A DNA stretch of 63,138 nt, the filler included, from Cercozoa sp. M6MM (lineage: Eukaryota; Protista; Endomyxa: Ascetosporea): assembly GCA_040357565.1 (NCBI GenBank). It is 10 parts of 10 records of this genome, joined end to end, with 100 filler letters (N's around TTAATTAATTAA, not from the genome) between each part and the next. Parts side by side here need not be neighbours in the genome. Positions count along the whole stretch, not along the records: positions 23,881 to 29,782 come from JBDODJ010000830.1; positions 29,883 to 34,666 come from JBDODJ010001051.1; positions 34,767 to 50,008 come from JBDODJ010000309.1; 7 more parts are not named here. One strand, 5' to 3'. Below, piece by piece: positions 24,901-37,476 of the stretch. The notes under the pieces are model-generated. The model had not been told where the DNA came from. It made no database searches and saw only the letters and a program-made list of their open reading frames with translations. The translations under genes and the position numbers were made by a program. How positions within the stretch are numbered: position 1 is the stretch's first letter; each line of letters opens with the position of its first letter.

Positions 24901-25891
24901 TTAGTTGGTGTAGCCACGCGAGGCACGCTTGCCACGGCCCTTCTCGAACTTGCGGCCCTTGGCACGCACGTACGGCTTGACGCCCGAGTGCGGCGTACCA
25001 GCGGCGCCGAAGTGCTTGATGGCCTCGCGCGTGCGCGGGCCACGGAGCAGCACCGTGTTCGAGCCCGTCGGGGCACGCATGGCGAGCTTGTCGAACGTGA
25101 GGCACTCACCGCCGGCCTTGACGATGCGGGCACGGGCGCTCTCGGTGAACTTGAGGGCGCACACCGTGAGCTTCGGCGTCTTGGTCATGCGGATGTCATC
25201 CGTGACCGTGCCGACAACGACAACAATCTTGCCGTCGGCCTGCGAAACACAGAGACATGAAGGCAAGGTAGGGAACAGACAGGTAAGAGGCAGTGCAGTG
25301 TACCTGGCCGCCCTGCGTGAAGCGGGCGATGCGGGCCAGCGAGATCGGCGGGCGGTTGACCTTCGACAGGAACAGGCGCTTGAGGATCACCTTGTTGAAC
25401 TTGGCGTCCGTGCGGCGGGCGAGGAGACGGTACAGCTTGATCAGCGTGGCCAGGTACTCGTTCTTCGACACAGCGTTGTCGCGGCACGTCTTCTTGACGC
25501 GACCGCCAGCACGACCCAGATCGATACCCTTCGCACACGCAACACATGCCACAGTCAGCAAGCCAGGTCAGAAGTGGTCATCGAAGAATCTGCTGACAGA
25601 GGAAGGCGCGGCAACAGTCCCCACAAGGGAGAAACTGCTGCACTCAAGCGCCGAGACGGGGAGTGTCAGCGCGGCCGCTGGGACGGCAACCAAAACGCGC
25701 GTGTGTTCGCTCCCACGCCTCGCAAGCAGGCCAGGCCAACTCCCCACTCAAGTAGCGAGCGGCCCGACCTACCTGCGCGCCCACAAGGGACGCTCCCAGA
25801 GTCACACAGCAAGCGAGCAGCCGAAAAACGCAAAGCCGCACTGGCAAGCGCGAATGCATCGCGTCAACAACATAAAGGACTAACGCACCAT
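24901..25891 (-). CDS. RPL18: 60S ribosomal protein L18 (eL18), 3 exons, exon 1 is ATG only
   Basis: M|[13 protein letters not shown]...[33 protein letters not shown]...VVVGTVTDD...[23 protein letters not shown]. Confidence 0.96.
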
Positions 25892-26156
25892 GGTGAGATA
25901 AGTTGACTTGAACAAATATGTGTGTGATTTTTTGTATGTTTGGGATTTTCGGAATTCCCAGCACTCCGGGCTGGCGCAGGGTTTTGGACTGAGTGGCCGA
26001 AAAACAGTCACATCATAAACCGTCAGCGTGGGTTTGTTTCCGCTCGTGGCTGCCGGTGTCTCGAGGTGTTAGCAAGGCTTGCATCTTTGCACGGGAAAGC
26101 ACGTCGACTGCTGCAAAACGTAAAGCCCCGCAATCACTTTGGTTTTTACCACGACC

Positions 26157-28267
26157 ATGACCAAAGTAAAAACGATACGTGTTTTCTTCCGTTTTTACGT
26201 TCCTCGCGTGGGCTAGTGGTGCTTTAATCAGCAGGGTAGTGCTTTTTGAGTATTTTTGCCGTGTTGAGCACGGCAAAATCGTGGCTTTCGGTTTAGAGGC
26301 GATTGATCATCTATTTTCCGTGGGGCAGCATCGTTGCTCCCCTCGCAGCCGCAAAACTAGGTGAAAGTGTGTTCGTTGATTAGTGGTAGGACTTTAAACG
26401 CAACTTGAAGAAGACTGCGGACTGCTGCAGATGAACATTTGGAAGGACGGTGAGGGTGTTGCTGCTCAAAGCGTCAACGAATATGCCGAGTTGTGGGCCG
26501 ACGGCCAGCAAGTAATAATTAACAAGTCTGTTACCATGTGTTGCATGCAATTACTCTTGAACAGGATGGTGTCCAGCGCAGAAAGACGCAGTATGAGAAG
26601 TTGGTGAACCATTACTACGACCTGTCAACTGGTACACCCAGCCCTGGTTTTGTAAACGAGTATTTCTAGTCCATACGCAATGATTGCACAGACTTTTACG
26701 AAGCTGGTTGGGGCGAGTCCTTCCATTTCGCGCCGCGGCACTCTGGCGAGACCTTCCAGGTAGGCCATCCCCCCCCCCCCCCCCCTGGTGGCTGTGCGTG
26801 TGTCATGCACTGAAGTCAACTGAGAACTTTTGGTGCAGGCATCATTAGTTCGACACGAGCACTGGCTGGCGTCGCACCTCGGCTTGACGCCGGGCATGGT
26901 GTGCGCGGACCTTGGTAACCCCAACGCAGACATGTTTACTGTGTCTGAAGCGAGTGCGGGGGGATAAAGGTGAAGGAATAAATTTGAACTGGCACCTACA
27001 GGCTGCGGTGTGGGCGGCCCACTGCGCAACATTGCACGTTTCACGGGTGCCAAGATCATCGGTATCAATAACAACGCCTACCAGGTGCAGCGTGCTGAGG
27101 TACAGTACCTTTGCTCCCCTCTGTTTTGTACAAGACCTTGAGAGTATCTTGTCCAATGTGATCTTACCTCTGTAGCAACTGAACGAACGTGCCGGACTGT
27201 CGCACCTGAGCGACGTTGTCAAGAGCGACTTTTGTGACATGAGCGCAGAGCTGCCGGATGAGTCGATCGATGCTGCCTACTCGATCGAGGCCACCGTACT
27301 TGATCCAATCCGTTCCTACAGTGTCCCACCCTAGCTTGCTTTCTTTTCTTACTGGGAGATCTGGGTAGTGCCATGCACCGGACCGACAAAGTGTGTTCGC
27401 GGAGATTTACCGAGCTTTGAAGGTACACTCCACACATGTCAGTTGTCAAAGTCGTGTCTGTATTGCTTTTACCCCTTGGTATCTGTCTGTGTGTAGCCGG
27501 GTGGTCGTTTCGTCTCGTACGAATGGTAGCACACACGGTCCACCATACATGTATGCGTGCCTGTTTTCTCCGTGCACCATGTGTTTGGACAGGGTTACGA
27601 CTCCACTGTTCGATGCGGACAATGCCGAGCACGTGCGCATCGTGCGCAACATTGAAGTCGGCGACGGTCTGCCTGAGCTGGTGCCTATCATTCTCTAAAA
27701 GTACGATGAGTAAATTATACTGGTGCTGGGAGCAGGTCTCGTCAGACAACGTGCTGCAGGCACTCCGAGATGTCGGCTTTGAAGTGGAACTCGCCTTTGA
27801 CCTTGCCAAGGCGGCGCGTGGTACGTACTTTGCTCGTGCACTAAGACCCGACATATCCGGCATGTGTCTAGGCATGGGCAATGACATCCCGTGGTACTCG
27901 TCGCTGCAGGCGACGTGTCGATGTGACATGCAGACTCTGAAGCACTCGCGTGTTGGCACGTGGATCACGCAGAAGCTTTTGGTAATCGCTCTGCTTGCGC
28001 ATTGGCTCTTTCATTAACGTGCCCCGACTGACTCATAGAAAGTGCTGGAGTCGGTGCGTCTGGCACCACAGGGCAGCAGCAAAATGCACCGCACGCTGCT
28101 GCAGGGTACATTGTTATTCATGCTGTGTTAAGTGGGCCACGAACTTTGCTTGCTTGACAGGTGTAGACGGTCTCGTGGCCGGTGGCAAGCTTGGCATCTT
28201 CACGCCCATGTTTGTCATCAAGGTTCGCAAGCCGCTGGTTGAGAAGCCGGACCGTGAACTGAACTGA
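26157..28267 (+). CDS. SMT1: Sterol C24-methyltransferase (SMT1/ERG6-like)
   Basis: [54 protein letters not shown]|[38 protein letters not shown]. First exon (MTK) is tentative. Confidence 0.95.
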
Positions 28268-28747
28268 CGTCGAAACCCCTCTGAACGCAACGACAATTGC
28301 AAACGCAAATAAACGAAACTTCAACCAGCTGAAGTTGAAACTTAACCGAGACGAGACTCAAAAGCCGAATAAAACACTTCATCGGCTCCGTTCAAGCCCG
28401 ATTTATATACTCGCACTCATTGCTGATATCACAGAGGATTTTGTTACGTTTCTGACGGTTGTCAGTGAAAAGAACGAAACAAAAGAAGTAAGTCGTCAAT
28501 TAGACGAAGCGAGGGAATCAATGTTTCAGTTTGTAGGAGTGAGCCTGTAACAATTTGAGATTCAGGATACAGGATATCGATCTCAGACCTGGTTGGTTTC
28601 AACTAGTCTACGGAATAAGAATAACTTATCAAAACGGAATTTCTAGCGTCGATGTTTAGACTCATCGCTACGCTTGGTGCTCAACGTTGTTTGGTTGTCG
28701 AGCCAGTCACCTCCAGATGACGAGTCCACCTTCCCGATATCGATCCC

Positions 28748-28874
28748 GGGGTTGACTTCGTGCGGACCGTCTTAGAACTATCCACCATTGAGTCGTCAGT
28801 AAGCTCGCTTGCCGGCTTAAAATCTCCGAGCCAAACGACTAGGCATCCGACGCTAAAACAGAACCATCAATCAA
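28748..28874 (+). repeat. Dispersed repeat A, copy 2
   Basis: Aligns to the reverse complement of 8877-8972. Confidence 0.85.
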
Positions 28875-28879
28875 TTAAA

Positions 28880-29782
28880 TACAACTGGGGCGTAATTTGA
28901 TACGAAACAATATTCTCTATCTGGTCAGTTAGGTCTGTCTGAGTCCCGGTGATCCGCGCCGGAGAAAGTCACTCACTCAGGCACTTAGAGAGTGGTGTCT
29001 TGTGTTTGTCTGGTACCATGACTTTCTGAGTATTGCACTGGTAAACTTAATTCCTTGCACTATCGCTTTATCCCTTGTTGCCGCCTTCCCAGCACAGAGA
29101 GCTTTTTATACCCCCCTCCTTTCTTCTTCGCTTCTGACTACTGCAGGGCCTCTCTTTCTTCCCCTCCGCCAGTCTTTACCGACGCGACCCTATTGTTACA
29201 GCATAAACTACTGTATCCGCGCGGAAGCAACCCAACAACTTAAAAAATCCTCAAAAGAGGTGTGGAAGATTTTGACGTGTGTTCGCTGGTATCCTGACCT
29301 ACTGAGAGCTTCAGTCCAGACTGTGGAACACCTGTGTTTGAGTAGGGAAGCCTTGAGCAAGCTTTTTGCAGCTGAACTCAAAGAAGGGCTCTCTCTCGAC
29401 CAGGTAATCTGATCTCTCCAGGACCAGTTGTCTTCGCTTCTACCTGTCCTCTGCCTTTCCAGGGGCCCTTCTTTTCTTTACTTCCAACTCAAGTACTTCT
29501 GAATCCTCACCACTCAGTTCTCACGACGCCTTTCCGTCTCAAGGACCCTTTATACTGACTGTCCTTTCTACAGTTCCCATCTGACGGGTGACTGTCCCGT
29601 CCACCACAAGTGCTTTGCCGCCCAACTGAACCGTTGGGGTAACTCACTCTTTCAAACTGACACTTGGCCACTCTTCCTCCAAGAACAGACTTTATTACGT
29701 TCCTTAGTTTTTTTTTGTATCACTGGCAAAGTACCCTTAATTTACCAAGGCCTGATCCCTATCTGAGAGGGCTGCGGTAACA
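28880..29782 (+). mobile_element. Possible decayed retroelement (gag-like) sequence
   Basis: Intronless, stop-interrupted coding-like DNA next to repeat A, with a degenerate knuckle-like peptide CPFYSSHLTGDC at 29560-29595. Weak evidence. Confidence 0.25.
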
Positions 29783-30685
29783 NNNNNNNNNNNNNNNNNN
29801 NNNNNNNNNNNNNNNNNNNNNNNNNNTTAATTAATTAANNNNNNNNNNNNNNNNNNNNNNNNNNNNNNNNNNNNNNNNNNNNATGAAAGTGTAGACCTTG
29901 AGTGTGACGCAAGTGATCACAAGTGATCGGGTCACATTGCCTCAGTGACCCGCAGCGACAGGTTCGCCGAGTGTGCCACCATTTCGGCAAAAACTCGTGT
30001 TTCTCCGATTTTCTCCTTCTCTGGTGCATCTCAAGGGCTTCTGGCGCGTTTGTGTACTTATTTTTCGTTTCCCGTGACATCAAGGTAATTACTCGCTCTA
30101 AAGTGCACTGTACTTCAATCTGGGCACTCAAAGTTCCCCCATCGGGTGATCACAAGTTTTGAGCGATTTCGAGAACTGGCGGCCGAACTAAGGTCTGCAA
30201 GGGCCCCTGAGGACTGCAATTAGGTGTTCTACATGGCGTGTGAAAGTCTCAGGTCGTAAGAACTATGCCTCGCAGACTGGCCATGATATTTGTTTGCAAA
30301 AGGTGTTTTGGCTTTTTGCACAAGGAAACAACAAAAACAAAACGCCAAATGCGCGTTGAGGTCAAAGATAGCAATTTGCTCGTGTAGGTATTGTTCTGCA
30401 CCTTTTCGTACGTATGGGGACTCTAATTTGCGCAGCTAGAGTGCAAGCTGGTGAATAGTGTTTTTAAAAATAGTACAGTAATCATTGTATTTTTCGGAGT
30501 TCTCTGTCCCCACCACTGGACGGACAGACCTTCGACTTTTATGAAGCGCTCGATTGTGCTTTAAGTTGTGTTTTGTGTCACGTGTGTACTTTTGGCACTC
30601 TTGAACAGTCGGCACGTGCCAACACCAAAATTAAGAAGCCGAAACGATTATTGTGAGCACCGTGCACTCTGACTATTCGCCGCTG

Positions 30686-31846
30686 ATGCTAGCACCGTCG
30701 TTGTCGACGCGGGCGTCGGCGATCGCTGATGTCGTCGGTCTTGTCGTCCTGGTGGCAGTATCCTGCGGCATTGGGCTGTACACTCTCCAACTTATTATCC
30801 TGAGACAGATGGTTTGATTATCTAGCCTTTCCTGGTTGGTGTCTGTAGAGGCATGCCTCACAGCAAGCGCTACATTTTTGGCATGGATACGGCATCGAGT
30901 GCCACCGAACTGATGCAGTGGAACTCGCTGTATGCACATCCGCACAGGGAGGAAGAGATGCCAGTGTGGCTGCTGCTCTGCCTGTGTGCCGTGTTGTTGG
31001 TAGTGGCCTTTCGCAGTCTTTCTCATGCCGCCTGTAATAAATTTGTCACTGGTGCAGGTGATTGTGGTGCTGACCATGTGGGCACGTGTCTCCAAGAGAG
31101 CGACACTGCGGGTGTGGCTCGCACTAACCGTCGGTGTCGTTGCGGCTCTCGCCGTGAATTTCGGAGCGACCAACGGCGTCAAGCGAGCAGTCGGCCGACC
31201 CAGACCCGACTTTCTTTGGCGCTGTGACTACGACGCCACCACGCATACGTGTGCAGGTGATGAGAAAGTTATTGAAGAGGTGTGCTCACTCTAATTTTTG
31301 ATGAATTTGATAGTTCTCCTTTTGCTGGCAATTGTGCTGTCTGTTATGGGCAGGGCTACAAGAGTTTCCCGAGCGGTCACAGTTCGTTCGCATCGGTGTC
31401 AGCGATGCTGTTCTCGCTGCTGATGGGTACATTGCTGAGCAAAACGGCGCTTAGGAGTGCTCCCATGATGCGTGCCTTGATCACGATGGCCCTGCCGGCG
31501 TTGTTTGCTTTGTTCTTTGTGACACAACGCGTTACCTCGCATTGGCACCATCCCTCTGACGTGATTGCAGGTTCCGACTCTTTTTATTCGCTCGGCTATC
31601 AAATGTTTTCCTTTCTGCTGTTGAGTAGGAGCGGCAATCGGCTGCATGTCCGCTTACGCGGGATTCTTGGCCTGGCGCAACTTCTGCCTGCAATGGCTTC
31701 CTTCGCCTGCCGTCCACGCGCTTGGTCTGCACCAAGGCAAGAGGCACCACAGTCAGCAGCAAGTGCACGACGTACACGATCCCGAACTCGCTGTGAGCTA
31801 CAGCACCGACAGTCCCGAGACGGCTGACCCGCGCTTCATGGTGTAA
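30686..31846 (+). CDS. PAP2-family lipid phosphate phosphatase
   Basis: Catalytic motifs KRAVGRPRPDFLWRC, SFPSGHSS, QRVTSHWHHPSDVIAG with intervening TM helices. Confidence 0.93.
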
Positions 31847-32101
31847 TCAATCCACCAATACTCACCGTTCACACTGGCGAATAAAAAAGCCGGTGTTGGA
31901 CGCTATCACATGCACGAGATCGTATCGTATGCGATAAACCTGCGCATGCAATAAAACTGCCTGCTGACTGAAAGACGACCGGACATAATTCAAGCTCTCA
32001 AGCACGAAGTCGTATACGATAAAAAGAGAGTGCAACCAGTGCACTGTCCAAAGATGTACAGTATCCGGCAAAGAACTGCTTGAGTCAGTCCTTCCTCTCA
32101 G

Positions 32102-32163
32102 ACAGAACCATCAGGGGGAACTACATAGCGTAGTCGGTTTCTTAGCAGACTGAACTAACTACT
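32102..32163 (+). repeat. Dispersed repeat B copy
   Basis: TCAGGGGGAACTACATAGCGTAGTCGGTTTCTTAGCAGACTGAACTAACTA matches 9128-9168 and 9298-9326. Confidence 0.75.
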
Positions 32164-32198
32164 ACGTGACTGACTTGGGGGCGGTGGCTCGGCTTATC

Positions 32199-33119
32199 CT
32201 AACTGATGTAGCTGCGCTGCTTGCTGTCGGCTCGAGCCGAACTGTGGTCCTTGAGTTGTGCGCTTGCTTCGTACACTGTGGCAACGGCGCGCTGCAGCGA
32301 GTCATGCCGGAAGTCGCCAAAGAAACCGACGTAGCGCACCTCGACGCACTCGTTGAGCACCTCGTCCTGATTGTTCCTGTCGTGTTTGGTAATCAGCAAA
32401 AGCAGCGACGTCACATGTTGGAAGTGCGAGGCCCTAAGCACAAGAAACACGTTCGATCAAGAGAAACATGCGTTTTGGAAGTAAAAGATACTTGAAAAAG
32501 TAATCCAGTTCGCCAGACAAGTCATTGACCGCAACATCAAAAGTCTGGTCAGCTTCCGCGCGGACGGCTTCATCAAAGTCCAGATCAGCGCGATTCTTCC
32601 AAACTTTAACCCTAAAAGTGAAAGTAGACGTACTTTACACCTTTGTAAACACTCCCGTAACGGAAAAACGAGAGTGTACCTCACAGCATCCGAGATAATT
32701 TTCATCGAGCGCAAAGCAACAACTCCGTCGAATTGAACGTGCAAAAGCAAATGCGGGTCTGAAACAAAAAATAAAACTTCACACACATTTTTAAAGTTGA
32801 AAACGATACAATTCTGTACCATTTTCGTCGTCGTCCTCGTCGAAGTCACTTTGCAATGGTGGCACCTCATCGAGCTTTTGCGCCACTGGTCGAAAAATCG
32901 CTTTACACTGCAAAAACGATTAAATTTGAACACATAGAGCAAAAATTGGCCGAAAAATTGCGCTACAGCGTCGTCTTCGTGTTCGTTCAGACACCAGGTC
33001 TTGTCGACCTCGATGTGCGGGAACAAGTCGCGTCCCTGCGCCTGTTCGGCCACCTTGGTGTCTCGCGAGTGATCGCAGCCACAGCCGCCTGCACCGTGAT
33101 GGTGACAGTGCCCGCCCAT
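32199..33119 (-). CDS. PITHD1: PITH domain-containing protein 1
   Basis: His/Cys-rich start MGGHCHHH..CDH, LFPHIEVDKTWCLNE, LQSD..DPHLLLHVQFDGVVALRSM, FQHVTSLLL, VRYVGFFGDF, TVYEASAQLKDH. Confidence 0.85.
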
Positions 33120-33571
33120 TTCGGTGTACTCCTGTCCGCAGCCACTCCTGCAGTCAAAACACCACTTCTTTTTACATTCTTTCGAACACGAAAAAAAGCC
33201 CACATTGGAAGCTTGACGTCACTTAAACAAGCTAACTGCCACGCAAACAATTGGTTTAGATTTAGAACACGTCGCAGCACACAATGTATGGTGAAACAAA
33301 TCAACTCGAGTGAATTTCTTAATTTTATAGTACTGTGGTCAACTGTACTGTACGAATGGACGGCTCCACGCGTGCGACTGGGCGGGTTTTTCGCACGACC
33401 GGCGACAGCGACACGGCCTCGTGTGTGCTTTCCATTTCATTGTTCTATTCAATCTGAGGTGAATCGACGCCGGTTCGAGTTCTCCTTTGGTGAGTTGCAA
33501 AAGCAAAGTCGAGCGTTTTTCGCCTGTCGACGACCTCCTGACTGGTGCTTGTGGTCTATTAGAAAACTAAA

Positions 33572-34666
33572 ATGCCATCGATCGTGAAGAGTCTGGCGCC
33601 GCTGCCGCAGACAGAGCGTGGCCATGGTATCCACGTGTACGGCACGACGGCCGGCGGCGTTCCGCGTATCGTGTACACGAACGGCACGCACGTGATGGTG
33701 CGTCAGCTGGACGACCCGTCGCAGTGCTTTGTGTTCTCGGAGCACAAGGTGAAGGCCAACGTGGCGCGTTTCTCGCCCAGCGGTGAGTGGATCGCGTCGG
33801 GCGACGACATGGGCAAGGTGCTGATCTGGGGCGCCAAGAACGGCCACGTCAAGAACGAGGTGCAGGCCTGCCGCAAGGTGCTCGACATTGACTGGTCGGG
33901 TGACGGCAAGCGCGTCGTTGCTGCCGGTGATGGTCCGTTCCTTTGTCTTGTCTGGCTCCTTTTGACCTCTGTTTACTTCGTGTACCTCATAAACCCTTAG
34001 GCAACGAGCAGATCGCCAAGGTGTTCCCGTGGGACTCGTCGTCCAACCTGGGCCAGGTGACTGGTCACTCCAAGGCCATTCTCGGCGTTGCCTTCCGTCG
34101 CGAGCGTCCCTACCGCATTGTTACGGTAGTCTGTGTCTCATATCTACGTTCTTTCACCCCCTTAACCCTTTGCCTTCCTGCACAGGCCTCAGAGGACCGT
34201 GCTATGAACTTCTTCCAGGTAGATCACTTCTAACCTCATTGTACTTATCCCCCTTTACCCCCTTTACCACTTACCTCCCTTGCCCAGGGTCCGCCGTTTA
34301 AGTTCGCCGGCTCATTCAAGGGCCATGCGCGCTGGCCGAACGACGTGGCCTACACGCCGGACGGCGAGTTCTACGTGAGGTACGGTTTGTGCCTCTTGGG
34401 CGTGCGCATAAAGAGTGCGTCTGTTGTTGTTGTTGGCAGCATCGGTGCCGACGCGCAGATCAACGTGTTCAACGGCAAGACGGGCGAGCACGTGCGTCAG
34501 CTCGTCGACGAGGCCAACGGCCACAAGAGTCAGATCTACGCCTTTGCCTTCTCGCCGGTAGTTTTGCCCGTACCCCACCCACCCCCGCCCCTTACCCCCC
34601 CCCCCCGAGTAGGATGGCACCGAGCTACTGACGGCATCGGCGGACAAGACGGCCAAGATCTACGAC
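33572..34666 (+). CDS. WDR1: WD repeat protein 1 / actin-interacting protein 1, 5' fragment
   Basis: LAPLPQTERG, FSEHKVKANVARFSPSGEWIASGDDMGKVLIW, DIDWSGDGKRVVAAGDG, GHSKAILGVAFRRERPYRIVT, FFQ|GPPFKF. Confidence 0.93.
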
Positions 34667-34766
34667 NNNNNNNNNNNNNNNNNNNNNNNNNNNNNNNNNN
34701 NNNNNNNNNNTTAATTAATTAANNNNNNNNNNNNNNNNNNNNNNNNNNNNNNNNNNNNNNNNNNNN

Positions 34767-34812
<46 letters not shown>

Positions 34813-34837
34813 GAGAAAGGCTCTTTTGTGACAGAAC

Positions 34838-36841
34838 TTTGCGAGCATCGTGCGAGGAGTGGCGCAAGGTCGTCTCGTTTTCGACAATCTCAAGAAATCT
34901 ATTGCGTACACAATGGTGCGTTTTGCCTTCCTCTATGTCTGGTATATCTCTTGTTTCTACCTGCTTGCCAATGCACGTAGTCGTCGAAAGTGCCGGAGAT
35001 AGTGCCGTTTTTGCTGCTGTGTGTTTCCCTGTGCTATTCGCTACTTTTTATTCTTCTTGTTTGTTTGAGGACGTATGGCCACGTAGAGTGACGATCGGCA
35101 TGCCACTGGCACTGACTACCGTCATGATTCTGATGATCGACCTTGGAACCGACATGTTTCCTGCCATTAGGTACTACATATTCTTAAACTGTACTTACAG
35201 TACTTTCTATAGGACGCTGTAGTCTCGCCTACGAAACGGCCGAGAGCGACCTGATGCAGAAGCCGCCGCGACGCGCGAAAACCATCGTTGTGCAGAGATC
35301 GGGTCTGATGGCTCCCCCCGTTGCACCTGGCACTGATCAGGAGAAGACACTTGTCGATGAAGAGTCGCCTGACATTGAGCTCGTGCCTGTCGTCACTGAG
35401 TTCCTGCCTGTAACTGAGACGCGTGCCAATCGGACATCAGCCGCCACGGGAACATCTGTCTCCGGAAGATCAAGTATGACTGGAACACCATTCAGTGAGA
35501 CACGTGTCAGTGAGACACGTGTCAGCGAGGCACGTGTCAGCGAGGTACGTGTCAGCGAGGCACGTGTAACTGAACGTGTGGGTCCGCCCAGTCGCAGTGG
35601 CAGCAATACCGAAAACTTCGACTTTAATGCTGGTACTGTATAATTTCTTACCTCAAGGGCCATCCTAACAGCTGCGACTCCGTCAGCAAGCAGCAGTCAT
35701 GGCAGCGGCACCGAAGGTTCCAGCAAAATTGGCGGAAAGGCGGACACAATAACGCTCGAGAAGGAGTCGATGGTGACGACGCGATTGCTGTCTTTCTCGT
35801 ACCTGCAGATCGGCGTGTTGCAGGCATTGGCAGGATTGCTGGCTTACATGAACGTGCTGGACGACGAAATCGGTTTGGTAAAACTAAGCTTAATCTTCCG
35901 ACAGTCCCTTCGCTCCTCGATTTTGATCACGCAGAAACCCGAAATGCTGCCGTTACTGAGTCGTGAGGTATTGCGTTTCTCGCCTCTGGACGATAGCGAT
36001 CGGCAAGACTTCAAGTATCTCGCTTGCACGGACAGCTCCGGTGTGCTGCCGAACGATTTTAACTTCTTCAACACCACTGTGTCCACCGAGAACTCCTACT
36101 GTGCCTACCTGCCTGGCGTGTCCACCTTCTCTCCTGGTACAGCATGTTTTATTGCAGCGTAGCATACTGTAATGTGTGGCACTCTCTCTACCGCACTGGA
36201 CAGAGGACTCCGGCGACGCTGATCAAGTGCGCGCTGAGTTGGGCACAGTAATCGACCCTACCGAAATCAGCGTCTTTTCTTTCGTACTTCCTTCAACTGT
36301 CTGGCCTTGTCAATCGGCCAAGCGTCTTGGTGACTTGGAGGCGTTTGCCTTTGTCGCAGTGGGACGAGCGACAAAGCGTACTCGAGGAGGCACAGAGTTC
36401 GTTCTTTGTCGCCATCGTGATTGCGCAGTGGGCCGATCTGCTTATCTGCAAGGTCAGTGCTTTGCTTTGCTCAAGTGTTGACTCGATAATGAATGGGCTC
36501 TTCGGGGGGAGCAGACTCGCCGCCTGTCTCTTGCGACGCACGGTTTGACCAAGAACCGCGTCTTGCTTTACGCACTGGCATTTGAGACATTCCTTGCACT
36601 CCTCTTTGTCTACGTGCCTTTCCTTAACACGTAACGAGTACTTTTTTCAAAAAGAAGTGATGGCCTTTCAGTGACCTGACTGATATGTGCTAACAGTGTT
36701 CTTCTGACGCAACCGATGAACTTGGTGTTTTGGTTCGTGCCACTCCCCTTTTTTATCATCATTATTCTGTACGACGAGTGGCGCAAATGGCGCATCCGAA
36801 AGAACCCCCATGGTGAAGTCGCGAAGATTACTCAGTGGTGA
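34838..36841 (+). CDS. P2C-type (Na,K/H,K-ATPase alpha-like) ATPase, 3' fragment covering M5-M10
   Basis: [84 protein letters not shown]|[20 protein letters not shown]. Confidence 0.92.
35493..35570 (+). repeat. Coding 15-nt tandem repeat (SE[T/A/V]RV) x5 in the ATPase
   Basis: CAGYGAGRYACGTGT units visible; ORF 35254-35643. Confidence 0.9.
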
Positions 36842-37476
36842 ATTAAACGAGCTTTTGCCGCCTCTCCGAAACTAAGTGAACTGAAATCACCCCCTGAGTG
36901 ACATTTGTTCGAGTTCAGTAGTTATCTCTACGTATTTACGTTGCTGATCGACATTAACGTGCCAGTGAGGATTCTGAGTAAAGAAAACGAACCCGAACGT
37001 TCACGCTTCCGTCTTAACTTTGGCATGCCGTTAAGGTGAGAAGACATCGTAATATGTCGGAAACTTGTAGATTCCCGCCAACTTGCGCATTTTGTCGTCG
37101 CTCGCACAGGCGACAGCAAGGCACGGAAATGCGGCGTGAAAATGAGCGACCTTCAAGAAGAAGCCGAAGAGGTCAGTGTGTCCTCATCGATGTGCCGTAG
37201 ATTTATTGGTGTATGAGTTTGATTCAATTCAGTTCAGTCTGGTTGAGTTTAGTTCAGTTCACATTTTCACCGTCCGCACAGATGTGTAGGTCAAAATCGA
37301 ATATCGACATGTTAGACACGGTCATAGGAAGCACTAGACTCGTGCCTACTGTTTATGTTTTTTCGACTCACTCAAAGGCACTAACTTCCAGCAGCAAACG
37401 GCTGGAGGGCCAATTTTTTGAGAAATTCAGATGGCTGGACGGATCGGCTTATGTACAGATATGGCACGATCGCAAA

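Noticed and set aside
24929-25906. 325-aa plus-strand ORF, and similar ORFs at 4703-5155 and 5118-5738
   Set aside because: Antisense shadows of GC3-biased genes (RPL18 and the secreted protein).
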